Shown in pieces: positions 1-8,474 of a stretch of 20,000 bases of DNA. The stretch's first letter is position 1, and each line of letters begins with the position of its first letter. A program made the translations under genes and the position numbers. This DNA is from Chiloscyllium plagiosum (taxonomy: Eukaryota): positions 6,049,901 to 6,069,900 of the forward strand of contig NC_057754.1 in assembly GCF_004010195.1 (NCBI RefSeq), read 5' to 3'. Below the pieces are notes generated by a model. That model did not search any database, was not told the DNA's origin, and was given only the letters and a program-made list of their open reading frames with translations.

Positions 1-212
1 GACAGACAGTGGAGGAATATCAAAGAATATTTCAAACTGCTCAGCAAAAACATATATCAGTGAAAAGGAAGGACTGTAAGAAAAGGAGTAATCTGCCGTG
101 GGTGGGTAAGGAAATAATGGAGTCTGTCAAATTGAAATAGAAGGCATACAAATTGGTAAAAACCAAGGAGAAACCAGGAGATTAGAAAAACTTCAAAGAT
201 CATCAGAAAGCT
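1..212 (+). mobile_element. CR1-type LINE ORF2 fragment (endonuclease-RT linker), decayed
   Basis: Translates as QRIFQTAQQKHISVKRKDCKKRSNLPWVGKEIMESVKLK*KAYKLVKTKEKPGD*KNFKDHQK. This resembles the CR1 ORF2 'PW.TKE...IK.K.KAY...W..FK' linker and contains in-frame stops. Confidence 0.75.
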
Positions 213-357
213 TGATGGGATTCGGGATAAAATGTAATGAGTAGCTATCTGCAGGGACAGAATAGCAATTTACACTGCTGGAGGGGAACCTATTGTTTGG
301 GGAACATATGGCCTCTGTAATTATTGAAGCACTTAACTGTTACCAAAAAGATAATCC

Positions 358-1129
358 CGATTAAGTTAAAACTCATAGCACACTCCAAAAACTTGTATTT
401 CCAAATAAACCTGTTGGACTATAACCTAGTGTTGTGTGGTTTTTAACTTTGTTGATCCCACATCAACCCCGGCTCCTCCAAAGCAGAATCCTGATAGACA
501 GCCCCACTGAAACTGAAGCGCCTGTCAGGCACTTGAGGGAGCCAAAGGGGCGTGGGTGGAGGGGTGCATGGTTTAACCACAAAGGGCTGAACAGAACTAG
601 ACTTTTTAACTGCTGTTGCCATAAAGAGATAGTCTCTATTCACAAACAACAAAGGTAGAAGAATGGGAGCTGTACACCGGACAGGCGGGGAGTTACCTGA
701 TGCTGCCTGAAGGCATTCTGCACGTAAAATGTCCAGGTAACGATTAAGTTAAAACTCATAGCACACTCCAAAAACTTGTATTTCCAAATAAACCTGTTGG
801 ACTATAACCTAGTGTTGTGTGGTTTTTAACTTTGTTGATCCCACATCAACCCCGGTTCCTCCAAAGCAGAATCCTGACAGACAGCCCCACTGAAACTGAA
901 GCGCCTGTCAGGCACTTGAGGGAGCCAAAGGGGCGTGTGTGGAGGGGTGCGTGGTTTAACCACAAAGGGCTGAACAGAACTAGACTTTTTAACTGCTGTT
1001 GCCATAAAGAGATAGTCTCTATTCAAAGTCACAAACCACAAAGGTAGAAGAATGGGAGCTGTACACCGGACAGGCGGGGAGTTACCTGATGCTGCCTGAA
1101 GGCATTCTGCACGTAAAATGTCCAGGTAA
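358..1129 (+). repeat. Head-to-tail tandem duplication, two copies (358-740, 741-1129)
   Basis: Both copies run from cgattaagttaaaactc to gtccaggtaa. They differ by about 5 substitutions and one 6-nt indel. This explains the duplicated ORFs 434..658 and 817..1047. Confidence 0.97.
381..482 (+). mobile_element. Penelope-like terminal fragment (second copy ~764-865)
   Basis: tccaaataaacctgttggactataacctagtgttgtgtggtttttaactttgt matches the arms of the fold-back insertion at 11484-11619. The PLE assignment is from recall of the family. Confidence 0.6.
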
Positions 1130-1224
1130 CTACCATGTCTCATCAATAAAGACTCAAAGAAGACCTCTCAGAGTTATGTGCCTATTTATTCCTACCTAGC
1201 AGGGTTCAGGAATATGGAGACACA

Positions 1225-1432
1225 GCAGTCAGTCTTCACAGTGGAGGATATGAAGAACATGCCAGGAATTGATAAGGAGACTGAGGAAGGTGAGGACCTA
1301 GATAATAACCATTATCATGAAAGAGTTAGAGCTGGGCAAGCTGATGGAGCTAAACGTAGACAAGTCTCTTTGCCCTGATAGAATACATCCCAAGATACCA
1401 ACAGAGTTAGGGGGATAAATAGCAAATGCACT
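1225..1432 (+). mobile_element. CR1 ORF2 fragment just upstream of the RT domain
   Basis: SVFTVEDMKNMPGI, then after a frameshift LGKLMELNVDKSLCPDRIHPKI. Matches CR1 'SVFT.ED' and 'KSPGPDG.HPR.L' motifs. Confidence 0.8.
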
Positions 1433-1434
1433 TA

Positions 1435-1920
1435 GTCATAGAATCCTACAGCAGTAACAGGCCCTTTGGCCCAAAGTGGCCCATGCCGAACAGAATGTCC
1501 ATCCATGCTAACCCCATTTCCATGCACTTGGCCCATCTGCTTCTGAAACTTTCCTATCCATGTATTTGTCCAAATGCCTTTCACATGTTGTTAATGTACC
1601 CACCTCAACCACTTCCACTGGCAGCTGATTCCATATACATACCACCCTCTGTGTAGAACGGTTGCCCCTCAGGGCTCCCTTTTAGTCTTTCTCCTCTAAC
1701 CTTAAACTGATGCCCTCCAGTCCTCATTCCCTGGGAAAAAGACTGAGTGCACTCACCTTACCCAAGCCTCTCATGATCTTATACAATTCTTTAATATATT
1801 CCCCCTCGGTTTCCTCTGCTATAAACAAAAGAGTCCTCGCTTGTCTAACCTCTCCCGGTAACTCAGACCCCCGAGATCTGGCATCATCCTTGTAAATGTC
1901 TTCTGCACCTTTCCAGTTTA
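1435..1920 (-). mobile_element. 5'-truncated CR1 3' end
   Basis: The minus strand reads aaactggaaaggtgcagaagacatttacaaggatgatgcc, includes ELYKIMRGLGKV...LFP, and ends in a ...ggattctatgact tail typical of CR1. Confidence 0.85.
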
Positions 1921-2385
1921 ATAACTGAAACCTAAACTGCATCCATCACATTTCCCGTGTTTCCCCACGGCGCTGGAACTAACGTGACAACACCAATGGA
2001 TTACAATCCATGATCGATAATTCACTCCGTTACAACAATCCCATTTTCATAGCTTTTTCCATGATGCAGCAATTCTTTTGTCTTTCTGGTTTCATGGTAA
2101 ATTGTCCTCATACAAAACCAATCTGGGGGTTAACTGTTTCTGGGAAATGTGCCACGATTTTTTAGACTTTCAAAAACCAAATGAAATTTCTCTGCACAGT
2201 CCCCACGCTAACACGGACTTCGCAGTCTCAGTACTTTTTCCAGTCACGCTGACATTTTAGATATTTGTCCACAGGCAGAATGCGTACCTTTCCATCCAGA
2301 TGAAAAGGCCAATGATATCCGAATCGGCACGGATCAAGTAATTTCAATGTGAATTTCTCAACTACAAATCCCCCCTTTCAGTACT
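1921..2385 (-). pseudogene. Decayed C2H2 zinc-finger exon, truncated by a CR1 insertion
   Basis: A polypyrimidine-AG acceptor (ttttctctgttgtag, AG at 2387-2386) precedes it. With frameshifts it reads ...HSACGQISKMSA*LEK...RGDCAEKF...MEKAMK / DCCNGVNYRSWIVIHWCCHVSSSAVGKHGKCDGCSLGFSY. This is a degraded form of 'MEKPWKCGDCGKGFNYPS.L..H...H' followed by the start of the next finger. Confidence 0.7.
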
Positions 2386-2614
2386 CTACAACAGAGAAAA
2401 CAAAGAGTGCTGGAGATCCACAGCAGGTCTGTCAGCATCTGAAATGGTGACAGATGCAGGAAACATTGCCGCCTTGAAGAAGTGTTTAGATGATCACACC
2501 AGGTACGTGCACTTGCTGACCAATATGGAGAAGATGGGGGCATTGTGTTCAACAGTTTTATGCCAGAGACTCTGACCCCATTTTATTCCGTGTTTCTCTG
2601 AGATTCCCTCTTTT

Positions 2615-2830
2615 CAGAAGCAGGCAGGAGTGGGAAGCAGTGGAGAATGTAAATGATGTGTGACCTTCCTAGTGAGAGGATTCGAGTACCGGAGCAGGGA
2701 TCCCTTTCTGGAAGGGCCTTGGCGAGACCACACCTGGAGTACTGCATGTACCTTTGTTCCCCTTTCCCAAGGAGAGCTATCCTGGTTATTGAGAGAGTAA
2801 AGGAGGGACACCAGCCTGACTCCTGGGATG
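2615..2830 (+). mobile_element. CR1 ORF2 C-terminal fragment
   Basis: ALARPHLEYCMYLCSP matches the CR1 'LVRPHLEYCVQFWSP' motif. Confidence 0.75.
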
Positions 2831-2842
2831 TGGAGATAGTTA

Positions 2843-3000
2843 AGGGCTGCAGATGCTGGAAGTCAGAGTTTATACAATGTTGATCTGGGGAAGTGCAGCA
2901 GGTCAGGCAGCATCAGAGGGGCAGGAAAGTTGATGTTCTGGGTCAGGACACTTTATCAGACCGGATGTATAGTCCTGACCCGAAACATCAACTTTCCAGC
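2843..3000. mobile_element. PLE terminal remnant with a short fold-back (arms 2924-2949 and 2972-2997)
   Basis: ggaaagttgatgttctgggtcaggac pairs with gtcctgacccgaaacatcaactttcc (26 bp, 2 mismatches). The right arm keeps cccgaaac of a hammerhead-like core. Confidence 0.65.
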
Positions 3001-3754
3001 CCCATCGTATCCACGCTGGTCATCAAGTGCCTATTTATTCTAGTCCCACGTTCTGGCACTCAATGTAACACCTTGGTGTGATCATCTAAACACTTCTGCA
3101 AGGCTGCAATGTTTCCGGCATCTGTCACCATTTCAGATGCTGACAGACCTGCTGAGGATGTCCAGCAATTTATCTTCTTATTGCAGATTTCCACCATTTT
3201 GCTGAAGCACATAGAGTCATAGACATGTATACAGCTCCATATTTTGTTGACTCATATTTCTGAGAGAACTGATGGCTGAAGAGGGACTCAATCCTCGTTT
3301 AACCCTTTCTTTGGCTTTCTGAGCTGCTGACTACATCACTAATATTCTCCCTCCCATTCCCTGACCTGAATTTGACCCATCTAAGCCGACACTTTAGTTC
3401 CCAACCCCCTGCCAGGCTAGGTAAAACCTCACCAATGGAACTGCAAAAGCCCCCATCAGATTTGTCTCAGCTCTGCCCAGGGGTAACCGGTCAGGCTGGT
3501 ATAGGTCCCACCCAGAAACAGTCCCAGTGCCTGAAGAACTTAAACCTTTCTCTGGTACACCATTTCCCCAGCCACACATCCAGCTGATCTACCCTCTTAT
3601 TCCTCCTCTCACTAGCAAATGGCACTGGGAGTAAGTCTGACCTTATTACATTTCAGGAGCTACATTTTAATGCATCTCTTCAAAGTTTGTGTGAAGATTT
3701 GTAGCTCGGGTGCTCATTGTTTTGGTTCTGTTCGCCGAGCTGGAAGTTTTTGTT

Positions 3755-3794
3755 GCAAACGTTTCGTCCCCTGTCTAGGTGACATCCTCAGTGC
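3755..3794 (-). ncRNA. Minimal type I hammerhead ribozyme motif in the PLE end
   Basis: Minus strand: GCA-CUGAGGA-U-GUC(A)CCU[AGAC]AGG(G)GAC-GAAAC-GUU-UGC. It has the CUGANGA and GAAA cores, a pairable stem II, a palindromic AAACGUUU helix III and a 3-bp stem I (GCA/UGC). Confidence 0.7.
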
Positions 3795-4125
3795 TTGGGA
3801 GCCTCCTGTGAAGCGGTTCTGTGGTGTTTCCTCCGGTATTTATAGTGGCCTGTCCCTGCCGCTTCCTGTTGTCAGTTCCACCTGTCCGCTGTAGTGGCCG
3901 GTATATTGGGTCCAGGTCGATGTGTTTGTTGATGGGAGTTCGTGGATGAGTGCCATGCTTCTAGGAATTCAGAACAGCCAGGGAATTCCTAGAAGCATGG
4001 CACTCATCCACAAACTCCATCAACAAATACATCGACCTGGACCCAATATACTGGCCACTACAGCGGACAGCTGTAACTGACAACCACAGGAAAGATCACA
4101 GAAGCGTTTCACAGGAGGCTCCCAA

Positions 4126-4164
4126 GCTCTGAGGATGTCACCTAGACAGGGACGAAACATTTGC
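4126..4164 (+). ncRNA. Mutated second copy of the hammerhead motif
   Basis: gctCTGAGGAtgtcacctagacagggacGAAACatttgc. GAAACGTT has become GAAACATT, stem I has a mismatch and stem II has lost one G. Confidence 0.55.
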
Positions 4165-5339
4165 AACAAAAACTTCCAGCTCGTTTAATGCATCTCGGCT
4201 CTCCCTATATCTAGCTTTCAGGCCCTCATCCCTCTGTTTAGCGATGTTGTTGGTATCTGTGTGTTCCACCACCACGGGCTGTTTAACTTCCAGCTCCAGA
4301 ATGTCCTGCAGCCGCTCCATGATATCGCGGATCCTAGCTTTATGGAGGTAACGTACCATCCTGGATTCACGTCTATGGTCACAGCAGTGCCCGCTCTAAC
4401 GCTGAGCATTAAATCCCCTGTCACTATAGCCATGTTTCCTCTCTTTCCTCCCACTCTGTGCAGCGGAACTCTTTGTGGTGGCATGACCCTGGCTGGTGCT
4501 GATTTCCCGAGAAGTTACTCCACCCATTCCCACCCTTACAGAATCCCAAGCGGGATACAGTATCTGTATGAGAAGGGGATGACCACTGGGGACCCCTGCA
4601 CCCCCTTCCTGAGACTTTTACTTGATCTGATGGTCTCCCATTCCCTTTCTGCCTGTGCAGCCCTCACCTGCAGTGTGACTAACTCACTAAACATGCTGTC
4701 CATAACCTTCTCAGATGCTGCGCAGTGAGTCCACTCACAGCTCCAGGTCTGAAAAGCAGTTTCCCAGTAACTGCAGATGGACACACTTGCAGCACACATA
4801 GCCGTCAGGCACACTGGAAGCGTCCCTTATTTCCCACACTGTACAAGTGGACCACACCACAGGTCTGAGGTCTCCTACGACAACATCTCTCTACATTCAT
4901 CTCGTTACTCCCGTTAAGAAAATTTAAATGAGTGAGCAACCTTCCTTCACTTCAAACATGTACATTATAATAATAAAAATCTTTACTTCAGCAGATATAT
5001 CATACTTTAAAACCTTAAATACTCCGCAGGTATCACTGAGAAATTGGCTGTTCCCATTGGGACCACGTGAATTACTGAATGGCCTGAACTGAACCTGAGT
5101 TTCAGCTTCATCTTCTCCCGGTCTCACCTCACTATATACACCCAACTCCAAAACACTCTCATTGAGCCAAGCAGCCCTCACAGTGCAGCCCTGTCATTTT
5201 CAATGTCTGCTCACACCTACACTGCCCTCAGCCTCCTGTACTGTTCCAATGCATCTCAATGGGAGCTCAGGAACAGTATCTCATCTTTCAGTTCAGCCCT
5301 TTGTAACCCCAGAGTCAACATGGACTTCAGCAGTTTCTG

Positions 5340-5525
5340 GATGAACAGACAGTTGTCAGAATCTGGAATGTTCCACCTGAAATGGTGCTGGAATTTGAGT
5401 CCACAAGGAAATTCAATGAGAAGCTTGCAGGGAATTGGAAGTAGGGAGTTTACAGTTAACATCATGAAGTTGGTGACTGGGACTATATCTGGCATTTGGA
5501 TAAATCTGTGCTCTCTCTCAGGCCA
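5340..5525 (+). mobile_element. Old CR1-like 3' end remnant
   Basis: An alternative frame reads VVRIWNVPPEMVLEFESTRKFNEKL, matching CR1 'RVV..WN.LP..VVEA.S...FK..LD'. An inverted paralog lies at ~16668-16840. Confidence 0.65.
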
Positions 5526-5619
5526 ATACCTCCTTCCACAGCTGCAGGGCCAAGAATTGAACACATACCCAAAGGATGATCTGACCATGAACTTGAACAT
5601 CTTTCTGCTTTTTGCTTGA

Positions 5620-5765
5620 CAAAACTATTGGCGATATTTTCCCAGACTGAACAAACCTTTCTCTTCCACAGTTAAATGCCAATCATATTCAGATCGTGAT
5701 GACTCTGTGGACTGTAGAAACTGGCTTTTGAGATCCCAGTCTCAATTATTCTCAATTAATATCAT
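5620..5765 (-). pseudogene. Second, more eroded relic of the 5' part of the ZNF exon
   Basis: acctttctcttccacagttaaatgccaatcatattcagatcg (~5655-5696) aligns with acctttccatccagatgaaaaggccaatgatatccgaatcg (~2286-2326). No complete finger is readable and the acceptor appears lost. Confidence 0.45.
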
Positions 5766-5870
5766 ATAAATTGAATTCGCAAAACAAAGCTCACAATCAG
5801 TGCAAGGTGAATAGTGAAGGCGAACACTTCTCTTGGTATGTGTTTGATGTGTAAACATTCCTCTTGAAAT

Positions 5871-5945
5871 CACCCCGCCCCCCCAAAAAAAAAGAGGACA
5901 TGTGCATGCGCATTGCTGTACCTTGCCCCAAATATAGATGGCGGC
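5871..5945 (+). promoter_or_regulatory. Promoter-like motif cluster: GC box, NRF1, YY1
   Basis: CCCCGCCCC at 5873-5881, TGTGCATGCGCA at 5901-5912 (1 mismatch from NRF1 TGCGCATGCGCA) and AGATGGCGGC at 5936-5945 (YY1 core). Confidence 0.5.
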
Positions 5946-6142
5946 AATAACCCAGGACCTCTCACTGCCTGAGGCCCACAGCTGTTTTCCCCTTTGCTGC
6001 AAATGTGGGACCAAGATTTTCTAATTCAGATTAACAACCTGCACAGAGTGTAACTAAATCCTCCCAGTCTACACCGGTACATCTCATCCGGTTTCTGCTG
6101 CCACTCTCCCTTTTCCACCTCCTGCAAACACCAAGGGTCATC

Positions 6143-6550
6143 ACGGGTTCTGTGACCCTTCATCAGAACCGAACACAGCTGGGAAAAGTAGAATCCCTAT
6201 AGCGTGGAAACGGGCTCTTCGAGCCCAACAATTCCACACCCACCCTCTGAAGTTCATCCCACCCAGACCCATTCCCCTCCCTATTACTCGCCATTTCCCC
6301 GGACTAACGCACATCCCTGAACACTACGGGAAATTTAGCTGGGCCAATTCACTGAACCTGCACATCTTTGGACTACAGGAGATGGGGGTTAAAGAGTAAA
6401 TAATAGGTGGGGACTGAGCGCAAAGAGAGACAGGGACATTTGTAAAGACAAAGGAGTGAATAACGATCTGATGGGAGGGTGGAAAGCGGTTAGTGGAGGA
6501 GACAGGAACCTGGTAGCATCTGAGTGGCTGTGGTGGAAATGGTGACTGAT
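6143..6550 (-). mobile_element. PLE 3' terminal region in inverted orientation, interrupted by a SINE
   Basis: The minus strand has CTGATGAAGGGTcacagaACCC (6166-6145). 6385-6500 is a diverged reverse complement of ~7900-8030. Confidence 0.6.
6190..6380 (-). mobile_element. HE1/V-SINE-like 3' half
   Basis: cacatccctgaacactacgggaaatttagctgggccaattcactgaacctgcacatctttggact is shared with 13058-13285 and 18969-19165. Confidence 0.75.
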
Positions 6551-6559
6551 GAGTTACAC

Positions 6560-8195
6560 TGTGGCTGCAAAAAGGTCCCGGAGCTTCACGTTGCCCGTCA
6601 CTTTAACACACAAGACTGTTCCCTGTCCAACATCTCGGTCTCATGCTCACTGCGGTGTTCCAGTGAAGCTTGATACAAGCTGGCAGAACACTCCAGAACA
6701 TACCAAATGGTCTCCTATTTCAAGGACTGCAATTTCCCCTCCCATGTGGTCAACAATGCCCTCCACCGTATCTCCTCCCCTTCCCACACCACTGCCCTTG
6801 AACCCCACCATTCCAACCCCAACAAGGATGGGATCCCCCCACTCCTTACCTTCCACCCAGATACAACACATCATCCTCTGCCATTTCCACCACCTACAAT
6901 CAGACCCCACCAGAGATATGTTTCCCTCCCCTCCCCTTTCAGCATTCCACAGAGACCATTCCCTCTGTGACTTCCTCGTTAGGTCCAAGCTCCCCACCAA
7001 CCCATCCTCCACTCCCAGCACCTTCGCTTGCCACTGCAAGATGTGTAAAACCTGTGCCCACGCCTCCCCCTCACCTCTATCCAAGGCACCAAAGGATCCT
7101 CCCACATCCAGCAGAGAATTCCCTGCCTACCCAAACACCTCAACTATTGTGTCTTTTGCTCTCAACGTGGTCTCCTCTACACTGGGGAGTCAGGACGCCA
7201 ACATGTGGAATATTTCAGGGAATATTTCTGAGACACATGCACCAACCAACCCCACCACCTTGTGACTGACCACTTCAGAGACATCCCCTCCGCCCCCACG
7301 CTGCCAAGGACATGCATGTCTTGGGTGTCCTCCACCCCCACATCCGAGCCACCCGACACCTGGAGGAAGAACACCTCATCTTCTATCTTGGAACCTTTCA
7401 ACCACACGGCATCAAGGTTTCCTCATCTCCTCTCCCCCACCTTATCACAGATTCAACCCTCCAACTCGGCACTGGCCTCCTGAACTGTCCCACCTGTCCA
7501 TCTTCCTTCCCAATTATCCATTCCACCCTCTCACCACTACCCCATCGACCTCTACCTAGTCTCTTACTAGCTCCCTTCCCCCCGGCCCCAAACACCCCTC
7601 CCTATTTATCTCTCTGCCCGCTACCCCCACTCCCACATTTCTGATGAAGTGCTTACATGCCCAATATGTTAATTCTCCTGCTCCTTGGATGCTGCCTGAC
7701 CTGCTGTGCTTTCCCAGCGCCACAAGCTGGAAGAATAACACCTCATCTCCCAGTCGGGGTCCCTACAATCCTCTGGCTTCAACATCAAATTCAATAATTT
7801 TAGGTCCTGAACTCTCTCACATCCTAGTGTCTTTGCCCCTTACTCCACACACCAGTCCTTGTTATTACATAGCCTGGCATTACACACTACCTATGGTTAG
7901 CCACTAACAGTCTCCATAAACAGCTATTCACCCTCCCCCTCAGATCGTTATCCACTCTTTTTGTCCAACTGCTCTTATCTCTCTCTTCAGACTCTATTCC
8001 CCCCTATCATTTACTCCTTAACCCCTACCTTCTGCATAAAAACCAACATTTTTTCTCAGTAGCATCAGTTCCTGAGGATGTGTCACCGAATCCAAAATGC
8101 GAACCGATTTCACTTCACAAATGCTGCCAGATCTGCTGAGCGTTTCCAGTACTTTCAGTTGTTGTGTGTGATTTACAGCATCCACAGTTCTTTCA
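6560..8195 (+). mobile_element. Older PLE 3' portion (6560-6690 and 7722-8195) hosting a nested PLE
   Basis: The GIY-YIG C-terminal remnant resumes at 7722 (KLEE*HLIS). Its terminal region carries an eroded hammerhead-like ctgaggatgtgtcaccgaatccaaaa (~8072-8097). Confidence 0.65.
6691..7721 (+). mobile_element. Nested PLE: RT C-terminal/linker, GIY-YIG endonuclease and terminal repeat, frameshifted
   Basis: MVSYFKDCNFPSHVV, PLLTFHP, CKMCKTC, HLNYCVFCSQRGLLYTGESGR (GIY-YIG 'IYCI.C..C.L.YIGET'), RHLEEEHLIFYLGTFQPHGI. It is flanked by near-direct repeats acaagctggcagaa (~6676) and acaagctggaagaa (~7722). Confidence 0.88.
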
Positions 8196-8319
8196 ATTTA
8201 CCCGGAGTATCCAATTCAGGTCTAGCAGACTGAAACAGTGTTTATCAACCCTCCCAAGTACACACTAACTCCATCTCTCTCCCACTCCCTTCACATTCAC
8301 TGAGACCCCCTCAGAGTGA

Positions 8320-8474
8320 CACTGCGCCTGCAAAGCTGATGGCCATATGTTGGCCTGCTGGACCCACCCCTCATTCACTCCCATTGGCTCGAGGATCACG
8401 CCAACTCTCCTATTGGTCTGAAGCTGTATCAATTAGCCAAGGCCCCATTGTGACCCGAGTGGTGGGATACTCCC
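8320..8474. promoter_or_regulatory. Eroded promoter-like cluster: NRF1-like, YY1-like, paired CCAAT boxes
   Basis: actgcgcctgca at 8321, gatggcc at 8338, and ATTGG at 8383 and 8412 (29 bp apart). Its 3' part is homologous to 14321-14365. Confidence 0.4.

Larger units (their letters stand above)
213..1224 (+). mobile_element. Candidate solo-LTR-like insertion inside the CR1 fragment
   Basis: Non-CR1 block between two collinear CR1 ORF2 pieces. It starts TG (213), ends CA (1224) and has AATAAA at 1145-1150, ~75 nt before the end. No target-site duplication is seen. Confidence 0.35.
2408..3167. repeat. 94-bp inverted repeat pair (2408-2501 and 3074-3167)
   Basis: The arms are reverse complements with 5 mismatches counted by eye, separated by ~570 nt. 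Confidence 0.92.
3679..4183. mobile_element. Fold-back (inverted) Penelope-like element insertion with 13-bp TSD
   Basis: TTTAATGCATCTC flanks it at 3666-3678 and 4184-4196. The arms (~3736-3970 and ~3983-4183) are reverse complements. The right arm encodes RTAREFLEAWHSSTNSINKYIDLDPIY, typical of the C-terminus of a PLE GIY-YIG domain. Confidence 0.88.
3340..4870 (-). mobile_element. CR1 ORF1 (SGNH esterase-like) remnant, split by the 3679-4183 insertion
   Basis: AIVTGD..., ARIRDIMERLQDILELEVKQPVVVEHTDTNNIAKQRDEGLKARYRE resemble CR1 ORF1 'VIGDS...PGARV.DV...VVVHIGTNDIG'. The sequence is homologous to 13755-14208 and continues across the insertion. Confidence 0.8.

Noticed and set aside
434..1146. 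Duplicated small ORFs as a peptide gene pair
   Set aside because: They exist twice only because of the tandem duplication, start within a repeat fragment, and have no recognisable features.
5203..5619. Overlapping 138-aa (+) and 114-aa (-) ORFs as a host exon
   Set aside because: No recognisable domain. A third frame shows a CR1 C-terminal motif, and the paralog at 16668-16840 has indels that do not preserve these ORFs.
6549..7265. 238-aa Pro/Ser/Thr-rich ORF as a mucin-like or novel gene
   Set aside because: It is a frameshifted PLE ORF. The PLE motifs are spread over several frames.
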